This document shows positions 1 through 9,507 of a stretch of DNA of 41,086 bases, one piece after another. Numbering within the stretch: the stretch's first letter is position 1; each line of letters starts with the position of its first letter. Source of the DNA: an uncultured Verrucomicrobiota bacterium (GTDB taxonomy: Bacteria > Verrucomicrobiota > Kiritimatiellia > Kiritimatiellales > Tichowtungiaceae); the NCBI GenBank assembly GCA_964609345.1, contig CAZSSI010000001.1, positions 1-41,086 on the forward strand. The letters are read 5' to 3'. A model generated the notes under the pieces. That model was not told the DNA's origin and searched no databases. It saw only the letters and a program-made list of their open reading frames with translations. A program made the translations under genes and the position numbers.

Positions 1-110
1 ATTCGCAAGAATCTAAAGGCTCGTTCTAGACTAGGACGTTGATAGGCTGGGTGTGAAAGCTCTGTGAGGAGTGAAGCTGACCAGTACTAATTAGCCGTGA
101 GGCTTAATCT
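1..110 (+). rRNA. rrl: 23S rRNA, 3' end (truncated by window start)
   Basis: GTTGATAGGCTGGGTGTGAAAGC...GCTGACCAGTACTAATTAGCCGTGAGGCTTAA matches the conserved 23S 3' terminus; it is followed by 5S. The end coordinate is approximate. Confidence 0.93.
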
Positions 111-272
111 TACTTTTATAACGGCACGCATGTGCGCAGTTCCCTAATCTATGCAGTTAATTTTTAATAAAAGTTATCTGTTCGCAGTTAAAAGGTCTCG
201 AAAGCTTCGGCTTCAACCTGACAACCAGTAACAGTGAACTGATAACTGATTGTGAAAGCAATCAACCACTTT

Positions 273-388
<116 letters not shown>

Positions 389-391
389 TAC

Positions 392-432
392 GAAGGCCGT
401 TCTGAGAAATCAGAACGGCCTTCACCTTTTTC
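392..432 (+). terminator. rrn terminator T1
   Basis: Perfect stem GAAGGCCGTTCTG / CAGAACGGCCTTC followed by CCTTTTT. Confidence 0.8.
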
Positions 433-433
433 A

Positions 434-468
434 GCCTGTGCGCATTTTTCCGTGCAGGTTTTTTTATT
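434..468 (+). terminator. rrn terminator T2
   Basis: CCTGTGCG / CGTGCAGG stem (with G-U pairs) followed by a T-run. Confidence 0.6.
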
Positions 469-474
469 CATCTC

Positions 475-505
475 AGATTAGTGCTGATTAGTGCTGATTA
501 GTGGT
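475..505. repeat. 10-bp tandem repeat (GATTAGTGCT) x3
   Basis: GATTAGTGCT GATTAGTGCT GATTAGTGGT, read directly from the sequence. Confidence 0.8.
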
Positions 506-522
506 TAAAATCTCTCACTCTT

Positions 523-1251
523 ATGCAAGAACGACTCTCAAAAATCATGGCGCAGCGCGGACTCTGTTCGCGCCGTGAAGCCGACCGCTACATCGAACGC
601 GGCCTCGTCGTCGTCGATGGCGTACGCATCAGCGAACTCGGCACCAAAATTTCGCCTGATGCGAAAATCGAACTCACGCAGGAGGGGCTCGCGCGGCAGA
701 AAACTCAGGTCACCATTCTGTTAAACAAACCCATTGGCTACGTTTCGGGCCAGCCGGAACCCGGCTACAAGCCCGCCGTTGCCTTGATCTCGTCCTCCAG
801 TCGCTGGCAACTCGATAAATCGCCCCTTAAATTTAACCCGAATCAGCTCAAAGGACTCGAACCCGCTGGCCGGCTCGACATTGATTCCACCGGACTGCTT
901 GTTTTAACGCAGGACGGACGTATCGCCCGCAAAATTATTGGCGAAAAATCGGAAGTGGATAAGGAATATTTGGTGCGCGTCACCGGTCAGCTTTCGCCCG
1001 ATGGATTGAAGCTTTTAAATCACGGACTCAGCCTCGACGATAAAGAATTAAAGCCCGCGCAGGTCAGCTGGCTCAATGAAGATCAGCTCAAATTTATCCT
1101 GCACGAAGGAAAAAAGCGGCAGATCCGCCGCATGTGTGAACGCGTTGGCCTTAAAGTAGTTGGTCTTAAACGAATCCGCATCGGCAAAGTCGTTCTCGGC
1201 AACCTTCCGCCCGGTCAGTGGCGCTACCTTCGCGACGACGAACAGTTCTGA
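523..1251 (+). CDS. rRNA pseudouridine synthase, RsuA family (RluF/RluB-like), with S4 domain
   Basis: N-terminal [19 protein letters not shown] (S4), LNKPIGY, catalytic [21 protein letters not shown]. Confidence 0.92.
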   Translation: MQERLSKIMAQRGLCSRREADRYIERGLVVVDGVRISELGTKISPDAKIELTQEGLARQKTQVTILLNKPIGYVSGQPEPGYKPAVALISSSSRWQLDKSPLKFNPNQLKGLEPAGRLDIDSTGLLVLTQDGRIARKIIGEKSEVDKEYLVRVTGQLSPDGLKLLNHGLSLDDKELKPAQVSWLNEDQLKFILHEGKKRQIRRMCERVGLKVVGLKRIRIGKVVLGNLPPGQWRYLRDDEQF

Positions 1252-1356
1252 TTCTCTTGGGAAGGTCTAAACTTTTCGGGATGATAAAGACAACTGTTGA
1301 TATTTGTCTTTTACGGCATAGGCCGGCTGACTACCCTCTAAAAGTAGAATTCAGCC

Positions 1357-1385
1357 TGCAATAAACACTCACCTCCTTCGTTATA
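1357..1385 (+). promoter_or_regulatory. putative ECF-sigma (autoregulatory) promoter
   Basis: TGCAAT-N16-CGTTATA resembles the ECF consensus (AAC-N16/17-CGT), immediately upstream of the ECF sigma gene. Confidence 0.5.
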
Positions 1386-1419
1386 TGTCATGAAAACCGG
1401 TGGTACAGGAACTCACCTA

Positions 1420-2004
1420 ATGGATCAAGATGATGCAGAGCTTCTGGAGTCATACAGATCCGGCGATGTAGAGGCGCTGGGAAAGTTGGTAGAAAAGTAC
1501 AAAAGGCCCCTTTTCGGATTTATTCTCCGGTTTTCGGAAGGACGCGAAGATGCAGACGAGGTTTTTCAGGAAGTATGGGTGCGAGCGATTAAAAATATGA
1601 ACCGTTACCGTCAGAAAAGTTTGCTCAGCTGGTTGTTCCGCATCGCGCACAACCTGATGATTGATCGTATCCGTCGCCGTAAGCCGGGATTCTCTTTGGA
1701 TACCGCCGCGAATGAAGACGGAATCCCGTTAAGTGAGAAGTTGGCTTCGGCGCTTCTCGGCCCTGACGACGAGGTTGGCAGGCGGGAACTGGGGCTTCGA
1801 ATAGAAGCTGCCGCAGAACAACTGCCGCCCGAACAGCGCGAAGTTTTCTGGCTTCGCATGCAGGCCGACCTCAGTTTTAAGGAAATCGCTAAAATTCAAA
1901 AATGCTCCATCAACACCGCACTGGCTCGAATGCAGTATGCCGTTTCCAAGCTTCGGAAAGAACTGGCCTGTGAATATCGCGAGTTGCAGGAGTCAGGAAT
2001 ATGA
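1420..2004 (+). CDS. ECF RNA polymerase sigma-70 factor (alternative start 1390)
   Basis: Region 2 DADEVFQEVW...SWLFRIAHNLMID and region 4 LPPEQREVF...LSFKEIA. Confidence 0.93.
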   Translation: MDQDDAELLESYRSGDVEALGKLVEKYKRPLFGFILRFSEGREDADEVFQEVWVRAIKNMNRYRQKSLLSWLFRIAHNLMIDRIRRRKPGFSLDTAANEDGIPLSEKLASALLGPDDEVGRRELGLRIEAAAEQLPPEQREVFWLRMQADLSFKEIAKIQKCSINTALARMQYAVSKLRKELACEYRELQESGI

Positions 2005-2450
2005 AAACAAAGAAACTTGAAAAATGGCTGTTGCTCGAACAGTCCGGCGAACTTTCGCCCCGGCAACTTCGCCTCCTTAAGAGCGAACTGGACGTTTCGT
2101 CCGAGGCTCGTTCCATGAGGAAAGAGCTCGGGTTCTTAAGAGATTCAGTCGAAACGCCGGATGCTGAGCCCGCTCCGTGGGCTGTCGCAAAAATTACTGC
2201 CCGCTTGCGCGGAGAGCGCCGTCCGGATTTTGTTCCCAAAGTCTGGAAGTCAGCCCTTGCGCTGGCGGCCTGCCTGATGGCTGTTGTCGGAGCTTTTAAT
2301 TTCCATGACAAACGGGTTTCTTCAACTCCTGTTGCTGTTGTTGCGGCGGCGGGAGTGGACGTGTGGAACGATCCGATTGGAGAAGACCTGGGTAAGTTAG
2401 AGAACCTGATTGTGGCTTCAAGCGATTCCCTTGATGTCATGGAAATGTAA
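2001..2450 (+). CDS. putative membrane-anchored anti-sigma factor
   Basis: ATGA overlap with the ECF sigma gene; single central TM segment (ALALAACLMAVVGAF). Confidence 0.7.
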   Translation: MKTKKLEKWLLLEQSGELSPRQLRLLKSELDVSSEARSMRKELGFLRDSVETPDAEPAPWAVAKITARLRGERRPDFVPKVWKSALALAACLMAVVGAFNFHDKRVSSTPVAVVAAAGVDVWNDPIGEDLGKLENLIVASSDSLDVMEM

Positions 2451-2466
2451 CCAGAAGGAGAGAACG

Positions 2467-3057
2467 ATGAAAAAGTGGATGACAATGATACTCGTTGGCG
2501 TTTTCACAGCCGGTATGGCTGTAGCGGAGACGAACAGTGTTCCGTGGTATAAAAAAATATTCGGCAAAAGCTCGGATGAAAACACACAAGTAATTCCTCC
2601 AGCACCGGTAGCTCCGGTTGCGACTCCGGCAGCCGCTACTCCGCGGATGCAGGCTCGCGAAGGGATGGTAGAGCGTCGCGGTCAGGCCAACCCGGAACAG
2701 ATTGAAAAAATGAAAGCCCATCGTGATGCGCTCATGAAGCTTGGAGAAGCAGCTCGCAACGAAACCGATCCAGCCAAAAAAGAAGCGTTGATTGCTCAAA
2801 TCCGCGCCAAAGTGACTGAGGGCTTTGACATGATGCAGGCGGAGTCTAAGAAGCGGCTCGATCAGGCCGAAAAAGAAATGCCCAAGATCAAAGAAAAGAT
2901 GGCCGAATTCGAAAAGAATAAAGCAGCGCGCATCGAAGAACGGGTTCAACAGATCGTTGCTGGCGAGCCGATGAAAAGGCCTGAAGGCAAAGGACTCAAA
3001 CGTGACGAACTGACCGGTAAGCACAAGAAAGACACCAAGACACCAGCAGTTGAATAA
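2467..3057 (+). CDS. exported helical protein (third gene of the ECF operon; loosely Spy/CpxP-like)
   Basis: SD AAGGAG; signal peptide MKKWMTMILVGVFTAGMAVA; Pro/Ala linker followed by a charged helical region. Confidence 0.7.
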   Translation: MKKWMTMILVGVFTAGMAVAETNSVPWYKKIFGKSSDENTQVIPPAPVAPVATPAAATPRMQAREGMVERRGQANPEQIEKMKAHRDALMKLGEAARNETDPAKKEALIAQIRAKVTEGFDMMQAESKKRLDQAEKEMPKIKEKMAEFEKNKAARIEERVQQIVAGEPMKRPEGKGLKRDELTGKHKKDTKTPAVE

Positions 3058-3077
3058 TGGAGATATCTGGTCATTGC

Positions 3078-3103
3078 AAACCCCGCCGCTGGCGGGGTTT
3101 TTT
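3078..3103. terminator. bidirectional intrinsic terminator
   Basis: AAACCCCGCC-GCT-GGCGGGGTTTTTT between convergent genes. Confidence 0.85.
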
Positions 3104-3122
3104 GTTTCCAGCAACTGGGAAA

Positions 3123-3950
3123 CTACTTCAGTTTCAGTGCTTTGAGAATCGCCTGAAAGTCTTCCGGAACTGGTGCGCTGACGCGTAAGGCGGAGCCGCC
3201 CTGCGGGTCGGGAAGAATCAGTCGGCAGGCATGAAGCATTTGACGCGGCACGGCGCGGAAAATCGGGTTGCCACGCTGTTCACCGGCATATTCCTTGTCG
3301 CCCAGCACCGGGTGGCGCATGGCGGCAAGATGTTTGCGAATCTGATGGGTGCGGCCCGTGTGAATCCGAAGTTCCAGATAGCTCGCATCGCGATTCCGGT
3401 CAAGTACGCTCACCAGCGTCGTTGCCGAATCGCCGTCGATGTCGCGTGTGATCGTTTTGAGAGAGTCGGAAACGCGGCCGACCGCAATGGCGCGGTAAAT
3501 TTTCACGATCTTCTCTTCTTTAAATAGAGGAATCATCGTTTCCTTGGCCGCCGCGTTGGCGGCGAACATCACACAGCCTGACGTGTCGCGGTCGAGGCGG
3601 TGGACGGCGCAGAGTTGCGGATTATTCAGCTCATGTTGCAGGCGGACTTCCAGACTGCGGTCGCTCCCGTTGGTCACCATGCCGGACGGCTTGTTGACGA
3701 CGAGGATATCGCCTGACCGCTTCAGGATTTCGATTTTATGCGTCTTCGCCTCCGGGCGGACGGTCTCGATAATGTCTTTAATTTTGAGCGTATGTTTGGC
3801 CATCCAGACACGCTGGCCGTTTACGAAAACCTGCCGGGCGTCGAGCAGTACGCGCGCCTGCTTTTTCGAGCAGCGCAACCGGTCGGCGAGGACGTCGACC
3901 AGCGGCAGGCCGTCTTCGTGCGGGGTGATCTGAAAGGAGGCTCGGCTCAT
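3123..3950 (-). CDS. RluA-family pseudouridine synthase
   Basis: VNKPSG, HRLDRDTSG, TGRTHQIRKHL, HPVLGD, QMLHA motifs. Confidence 0.92.
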   Translation of the reverse strand: MSRASFQITPHEDGLPLVDVLADRLRCSKKQARVLLDARQVFVNGQRVWMAKHTLKIKDIIETVRPEAKTHKIEILKRSGDILVVNKPSGMVTNGSDRSLEVRLQHELNNPQLCAVHRLDRDTSGCVMFAANAAAKETMIPLFKEEKIVKIYRAIAVGRVSDSLKTITRDIDGDSATTLVSVLDRNRDASYLELRIHTGRTHQIRKHLAAMRHPVLGDKEYAGEQRGNPIFRAVPRQMLHACRLILPDPQGGSALRVSAPVPEDFQAILKALKLK

Positions 3951-5137
3951 TGTATTTTATCCAGTTCTGCACAGGCTTCTGTGATGAGCGCGGCGGCTTT
4001 TTCGATTTCTTTGGCGGTGACGTTGAGCGGCGGAAGCATCCGTAGCACCCGCACGGCGGTGGCGAGAGTCAGCAACCCCTTGTCCTGTAAAATTTTCTGG
4101 AGCGGTGCCGCATTATCTTTCAGCACGAGACCGACCATCAGGCCGCAACCCCGTGCGCCTTCGATCCAGTTGTACTGCGCGGCAATCGCCTGAAGTTTTT
4201 CGAGAAACAGCGCGCCCATCTTCTGAGCGTTTTCGAGCAGATGTTCTTTCTCGATTGTTTCGATAACAGCCAGCGCGGCGGCGCAGGCCAGCGGTGTTCC
4301 GCCGAACGTGGTCGCGTGGTTGCCGGGTTGAAAAACGTCGGAAACTTTTGGTGAGGCGACGACTGCGCCGATCGGAAATCCGTTGCCAAGTCCTTTGGCG
4401 AGCGAGAAGGCGTCCGGCTGTACGTCATAGTTCTGGAAGCCGAACCATTTTCCGGTCCGTCCAACGCCTGCCTGCACTTCGTCGAAAAACAGCAGAAGAT
4501 CTTTCTCATCGCAGAGTTTCCGCAGGCCATTGATGAACGCCGGATCGGCAGGAATAATGCCGCCTTCGCCCTGAACGGCTTCAACCAGAATGGCGGCGGT
4601 TTTATCCGTCACGGCAGCTTTGCACGATTCAAGGTTGTTGAATTCAGCGTATTTGAAACCTTCGGGCAGGGGATAGAAACCTTTTTGCACCTTTTCCTGA
4701 CCGGTGGCGGTTAAGGTCGCCAGTGTCCGGCCATGAAAGGAGTTCTTCATGGTGATCACTTCATATTTGCCCTTGGTTGAACCCCAAAGCCGCGCCAGTT
4801 TGATCAGCCCTTCATTGGCTTCCGCTCCGGAATTGCAGAAAAAGCACTTGCCGCCCAGCGACCGCTCGGAAAGGGCCTGCGCGAGCCGTGGCTGGTTCTC
4901 GTTGTAATAAAGGTTGGATGCATGTACCAGCTTCGCCGCCTGCTCCTGAATAGCCTTTACGACCGCCGGATGGCAGTGGCCGACGTTCAGCACGGCGATA
5001 CCGGCGAGAAAATCGAGATATTCCTTGCCGTCGGCATCCCAGACCTTGGAGCCATGACCTTTGACGAGCACGAGGCCCGGCGCATAGGTCGGCATCACGT
5101 ACTTCTTGTGCAAATCAATTGTTTCTTCTGTTTTCAT
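3947..5137 (-). CDS. argD: acetylornithine aminotransferase (alternative start 5146)
   Basis: Class III PLP motifs NSGAEANE, FHGRT, DEVQAGVGRTG, LAKGLGNG, TTFGG; next to argB/argJ. Confidence 0.92.
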   Translation of the reverse strand: MKTEETIDLHKKYVMPTYAPGLVLVKGHGSKVWDADGKEYLDFLAGIAVLNVGHCHPAVVKAIQEQAAKLVHASNLYYNENQPRLAQALSERSLGGKCFFCNSGAEANEGLIKLARLWGSTKGKYEVITMKNSFHGRTLATLTATGQEKVQKGFYPLPEGFKYAEFNNLESCKAAVTDKTAAILVEAVQGEGGIIPADPAFINGLRKLCDEKDLLLFFDEVQAGVGRTGKWFGFQNYDVQPDAFSLAKGLGNGFPIGAVVASPKVSDVFQPGNHATTFGGTPLACAAALAVIETIEKEHLLENAQKMGALFLEKLQAIAAQYNWIEGARGCGLMVGLVLKDNAAPLQKILQDKGLLTLATAVRVLRMLPPLNVTAKEIEKAAALITEACAELDKIQ

Positions 5138-5237
5138 GACTTCCATTCCCTAAAAGACGGGGGAATGTAACGCACGGTCACCGGAATTGCCAGTGGTTTA
5201 AGCGATAGAAGAGGGAGCGGGACGGCAAATAGTTATG

Positions 5238-5311
5238 GATGAACGTTAGCGCGCACCCTCCGAAGGCCCCGTCTGCGGGGCCGAAGGTAGAGGTGCCGTG
5301 CATTGTTCGGC
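5238..5311 (-). other. attC: attC site (integron cassette recombination site), 74 bp
   Basis: Minus strand reads GCCGAAC (R'') AATGC ACGGCACC (L'' with extra G) ... GGCCCCG-CAGA-CGGGGCC ... GGTGCGC (L') GCTAAC GTTCATC (R'). Confidence 0.85.
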
Positions 5312-5657
5312 TCTGTTTCTCTGTTTCCGATTCCGGTTCTGAGCGATTCTGTTGCCCGCAGCGGCCAAGATCGCGGCAACACACGCGACGACCGATGTTG
5401 GCCAGAACCCGCCCGCGAAACGTCGCATGGCGGTGGCTCCGTGGGTTGTGACCGAATCTGGTCCCATTCCATCTCTGAAAACCCATGACACCGTGGCGTT
5501 CAAGGCTATGAACCCGATCAGCCACAAGGTGAAAACACTGAGCCAGATGCTGCGAGCCTTGTCAGTTCTGGACAAAGGGATGGCGATAACGGTTGCGACG
5601 CCGAGGCCAAACAGCAACAGGACCGATATGATTGCATTCATCATCTTGTTTGCCGAA
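5244..5657 (-). mobile_element. solo integron gene cassette (414 bp)
   Basis: G|TTCGGC just upstream of the ATG is the exact complement of R'' GCCGAAC; promoterless ORF plus attC. Confidence 0.8.
5246..5644 (-). CDS. cassette-encoded small membrane protein (about 3 TM segments); C-terminus reads through attC
   Basis: Three hydrophobic stretches; the tail AEQCTAPLPSAPQTGPSEGAR is the translated attC. Confidence 0.75.
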   Translation of the reverse strand: MMNAIISVLLLFGLGVATVIAIPLSRTDKARSIWLSVFTLWLIGFIALNATVSWVFRDGMGPDSVTTHGATAMRRFAGGFWPTSVVACVAAILAAAGNRIAQNRNRKQRNRAEQCTAPLPSAPQTGPSEGAR

Positions 5658-5688
5658 CAGTGTTATTGAACGATTTTAATTTCGGTCT

Positions 5689-6561
5689 TTATTTCACAAT
5701 CTCGGTTCCGACGCCTTTGTCGGTGAAAAGTTCCAATAGGAGCGAGTGGGGCAGGGCGGAATCAATAATATGTGTTTTGCTGACGCCCGCTTTGAGCGCA
5801 TCGACCGCGCCACCGATCTTTGGAAGCATGCCGCCGGAAATAATGCCCCGCTCAATCAGATCTTCCACTTCTTTCAGGCTTAGCGTCGAAATCAGCGAAG
5901 TTGGATCGTTGATGTCGCGTAGCAGTCCCGGTACATCACTCAGGAAAACCAGTTTGCGCGCCTGCAGGGCGCAGGCGACGGCATTGGCGACGTCGTCGGC
6001 GTTTACGTTGTAAAGATGTCCGTCTTCGCCGCGTCCGAGCGGTGTGATAACCGGAATGATATCGGCTTTCAAAAATGCTTTGATCGGCTCGACGTCCACA
6101 TAGATCACCTTGCCGACGAAGCCCCAGTCAAGTTGTTCTCCGGTCTGTGGATCAACGCCTACATGTTTTTTCACCTTGATGATATCTTCGCCGTGAATGC
6201 CGTGTGCTTTGCCGCCGTAGTTTTTGATGATCTCTACCAGATGCGGATTCACTTCGTTGTTGAGAACGCTTTCCACCACGGTGATGGTCTTTTCATCCGT
6301 CACCCGCAGGCCCTGAACAAAGTTCGGCTGAATGTGCGCTTCCCGCATTTTTTTGGAAACTGACTTGCCGCCGCCGTGCACAATCACCGGCTGAAGGCCG
6401 ACACATTCCATGAAGGCGACATCCTTGAGGATATTCCGGTAGCCAATTTCGCTCTCCATGATACTGCCGCCGAACTTAACGACAACGGTATCGCCCCGGA
6501 ACTTCTGGATATAGGGCAGGGCTTCAATCAGTACCGACGCTTTTTCGATCATCTGTTGCAT
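5689..6561 (-). CDS. argB: acetylglutamate kinase
   Basis: LIEALPYIQKF, VVKFGGS, VHGGG, GLRVTD, YNVNAD, GGMLPK. Confidence 0.96.
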   Translation of the reverse strand: MQQMIEKASVLIEALPYIQKFRGDTVVVKFGGSIMESEIGYRNILKDVAFMECVGLQPVIVHGGGKSVSKKMREAHIQPNFVQGLRVTDEKTITVVESVLNNEVNPHLVEIIKNYGGKAHGIHGEDIIKVKKHVGVDPQTGEQLDWGFVGKVIYVDVEPIKAFLKADIIPVITPLGRGEDGHLYNVNADDVANAVACALQARKLVFLSDVPGLLRDINDPTSLISTLSLKEVEDLIERGIISGGMLPKIGGAVDALKAGVSKTHIIDSALPHSLLLELFTDKGVGTEIVK

Positions 6562-6576
6562 GGCAAAATTCCTATT

Positions 6577-7758
6577 CTATTCCACGTTGATTCGCACATA
6601 ATCTTCGGTGCAGTTACAGGTGTAAACAACGGTGCTTCCGCTGCCGAGATTCAAATTAATGTTAATGGTGAACGCTTCTTTAGAAACGGCGGCGACCAGT
6701 TCTGCCTCCGGCGTTCCGGCGGCCATGCCGTTGCGCACGGCGGGCACATCGTCGTAATCAATGTCGACTTTGTTTTCCTGCACCTGAGCATAGGAATATC
6801 CGATGGCGTCCATAATCCGGCCCCAGTTAGGCCGCTTCCCCGCCCAGGCGGTTTTGTTGAGCATGGAGTTCGCTACGGCCCGCGCGGCTTCCTCGGCTTC
6901 GCCGCCCGAAGCGGCGCCGTTGACCCGTACCGTGATGACCCGCGTGGCGCCTTCGCCGTCTTTGACGATCATCATCGAGAGATCGAAGAGAACTTTCTCC
7001 AGCGTGTGGTAAAACGTCTTCCAATGTTTGGAATCCTGCGAAAGAACCTCGTTGCCGGCCTGTCCGTTGGCCAGGCAGATGACGGTGTCGTTGGTGCTCC
7101 GGTCGCCGTCCACGGTAATCCGGTTGAAGCTCATGTCGGCGGCGGCCCGCAGCGCACATTGTAGTGTATGTTTTTCGACGGTCGCATCCGTCAAGATGAA
7201 GGCCAGCATCGTGGCCATATTCGGTTCGATCATGCCGGAACCTTTGGCCAGCCCGGTGATCCGTATCGGTTTTCCGTCGAGGTCAATTTCCACAGTAACT
7301 GTTTTGCTGACGAGGTCGGTAGTCATCATCGCTTCCGCCGCGTCCATACCGCCGTCCGGCGAAACGGCGTCAAACAGAAGCTCGATTCCTCCGGCGATTT
7401 TATCCATCGGTAGCGGCTTGCCGATTGTGCCGGTGGAGCAGACAAAAACATTCAGCGCCTGAACGCCCAGTTTTCCGGCGGCGAGGGCGGCCATGGCTTC
7501 AGTATCGGCCATACCTTGTGCGCCGGTGCAGGCGTTGGCATTGCCGCTGTTCATGACAATGGCTCGAGCCTCGTTTTGTTCGACCACTTTAAGATCCCAT
7601 TTCACCGGCGCGGCCTTAACCTGATTGGTTGTGAAGACCGCCGCGCTGACCGCCGGAATGTCCGAGACGATCAGAGCCATATCTTTTTTGTGTTTTTTAA
7701 TTCCGGCCTGAATTCCAGTCGCGGAAAAGCCTTTCGGCAGAAGCAGTGATTTCTTCAT
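6577..7758 (-). CDS. argJ: ornithine acetyltransferase / N-acetylglutamate synthase
   Basis: NSGNANACTG, AMMTTD, AKGSGMIEPNMATML, DGDRSTND, DGEGAT, NWGRI. Confidence 0.96.
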   Translation of the reverse strand: MKKSLLLPKGFSATGIQAGIKKHKKDMALIVSDIPAVSAAVFTTNQVKAAPVKWDLKVVEQNEARAIVMNSGNANACTGAQGMADTEAMAALAAGKLGVQALNVFVCSTGTIGKPLPMDKIAGGIELLFDAVSPDGGMDAAEAMMTTDLVSKTVTVEIDLDGKPIRITGLAKGSGMIEPNMATMLAFILTDATVEKHTLQCALRAAADMSFNRITVDGDRSTNDTVICLANGQAGNEVLSQDSKHWKTFYHTLEKVLFDLSMMIVKDGEGATRVITVRVNGAASGGEAEEAARAVANSMLNKTAWAGKRPNWGRIMDAIGYSYAQVQENKVDIDYDDVPAVRNGMAAGTPEAELVAAVSKEAFTININLNLGSGSTVVYTCNCTEDYVRINVE

Positions 7759-7811
7759 ATATTCTAATCTCCAGACGCAGGAGACTACACCCCTGCACAT
7801 GGTTTCGGAAC

Positions 7812-7847
7812 AAAAAAAGTCCCGGTCTCGTGAGAGCGCCGGGACTT
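7812..7847 (-). terminator. terminator after rplM-rpsI
   Basis: AAGTCCCGG...CCGGGACTT hairpin with a T-run on the minus strand. Confidence 0.75.
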
Positions 7848-7868
7848 CGCCGTAAGCCGCAAAATGGC

Positions 7869-8273
7869 TTAACGTTTCGAGAACTGGAAGCGTTTGCGAG
7901 CACCCGGCTGACCCGGCTTTTTACGCTCTTTCATACGTGCATCGCGGGTGAGGAAGCCGCCCTTTTTCAGAATGGGCTTCAGATCTTCTTCCGCTTTAAT
8001 CAAGGCGCGGGATGTACCGTGCGAAATGGCTCCGCACTGGCCGACTTTGCCGCCGCCGCTGACCTTGACGATCATATCATACTGATCGACACGGCCGGTT
8101 AGCACCAGCGGACGAACCACGGTGTCGAGCATGTCTTTGGTGTCAAAATAATCCTGAGCGGTTTTGCCGTTCACGGTGATAATGCCGGAGCCTTTGACGA
8201 GGGTTACCCGCGCTACCGATGTTTTGCGCCGGCCTGTTGCGGCAATCTGATCAACTTTTTTCGCTGCTACCAC
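7869..8273 (-). CDS. rpsI: 30S ribosomal protein S9
   Basis: TGRRKTSVARV, GGGKVGQ, LTRDARMKERKKPG...ARKRFQFSKR. Confidence 0.98.
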   Translation of the reverse strand: MVAAKKVDQIAATGRRKTSVARVTLVKGSGIITVNGKTAQDYFDTKDMLDTVVRPLVLTGRVDQYDMIVKVSGGGKVGQCGAISHGTSRALIKAEEDLKPILKKGGFLTRDARMKERKKPGQPGARKRFQFSKR

Positions 8274-8287
8274 GTTGTACTCCTTGC

Positions 8288-8722
8288 TTAGCCTTTAAAT
8301 TCGAGTGTTTGAACCTTCTGCGCGGAATGGGGATGGTTCGGGCCGGTATAAACTTTCAGGCGGGTGATCGTCTTGCGCATCAGCCGGTTGCCGGGGAGCA
8401 TTCCCTCGACCGCCTGCATGATAATGCGCGTCGGATTCTTTTCACGGATGGTCTCGGCGGTACGTTCTTTCAGACCGCTCGGGAATCCGCTGTAGTCCTG
8501 ATAAATCTTCTTTGCTTCTTTATTGCCGGTCAGCTTCACCTTTTCGGCGTTGATGACTACTACAAAGGCACCGGTATCTACGTGCGGAGTGTAGGTTGGT
8601 TTGTTCCGGCCGCGCAGAAGGTCTGCGATAAACACAGCCAGACGTCCAGTGGACTTGTCGGCGGCATCCACCACATACCAGTCCCGTTTGATATCATTTT
8701 CGTTAGCTACAAATGTCTTCAT
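8288..8722 (-). CDS. rplM: 50S ribosomal protein L13
   Basis: MKTF...WYVVDA...GRLA...KPTYTPHVDTG...GMLP; start set at MKTF. Confidence 0.98.
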   Translation of the reverse strand: MKTFVANENDIKRDWYVVDAADKSTGRLAVFIADLLRGRNKPTYTPHVDTGAFVVVINAEKVKLTGNKEAKKIYQDYSGFPSGLKERTAETIREKNPTRIIMQAVEGMLPGNRLMRKTITRLKVYTGPNHPHSAQKVQTLEFKG

Positions 8723-8856
8723 TACAAATCTTTCCAGTTCAAATGCAAGGCGGGGAAAATATACGAGGGGGTACCCCGTGTCAACACCTCTGCCCAAAGT
8801 TTTACACAAAAAGATAGGAATTGTTCTGAGCCGGTTGAAAGGCTATACCCGTTCGC

Positions 8857-9507
8857 GTGAAACTTTTCCGCAAAAAAGAGGTTTGGATTCCAACTTGGCA
8901 GGGCGTGACCTTGTTTTTGTTACTGGCTGGCGGTCTTCTTTATGGCGCAGTGCGGCATCTCTATCCATTTCTGGCGCAGAATCATCCGGTGCCGAACGCC
9001 GAGATGATTATCATCGAAGGCTGGCTGGCCGACGCCGAACTCAAGGATGCGGTCAAAGCCATTCGCCCTGGTCAGATTGTAGTAACCACTGGCGGGCCGG
9101 TTACATTCGGACAGAAAATACTCAACTACGAAAATTACGCTGAGATAGCCACCGCGCGTCTTATTGATTTGGGTGTTCCGGCAGAAACCATCATCACTAT
9201 TCCTGCGCCGGAAACCCTGCGCGACCGGACGTATGTCTCCGCGCAGGCAGCCCGCAAGCGGCTCGAAGAACTCGGTCTCTTCGGGAAATCCGCCAACCTC
9301 TACACCATCGGCGCGCATGCCCGCCGTTCCTATCTCATGTTTCGCTGTGTTTTTGGGCAAGACTATCCGCTTGGAGTCATCGCGATTAGTCCGCCATCCT
9401 ATAATTTAGATCATTGGTATCGTCACAGCGCCGGCTTCAAACACGTCACCGGAGAATTCATCTCCTGGATCTACGCACACCTTTTTCTGGTGTTTTATCA
9501 TGCCTGA
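8857..9507 (+). CDS. DUF218/YdcF(ElyC)-like membrane-anchored protein
   Basis: N-terminal TM, VVTTGG, DRTYVSA, HARRS motif, C-terminal E-x-x-x-W-x-Y. Confidence 0.65.
   Translation: MKLFRKKEVWIPTWQGVTLFLLLAGGLLYGAVRHLYPFLAQNHPVPNAEMIIIEGWLADAELKDAVKAIRPGQIVVTTGGPVTFGQKILNYENYAEIATARLIDLGVPAETIITIPAPETLRDRTYVSAQAARKRLEELGLFGKSANLYTIGAHARRSYLMFRCVFGQDYPLGVIAISPPSYNLDHWYRHSAGFKHVTGEFISWIYAHLFLVFYHA

Noticed and set aside
8723-8809. N-terminal extensions of rplM (similarly argJ, amtB and the integrase) in the ORF track
   Set aside because: Homology and ribosome-binding context favour the downstream ATGs.
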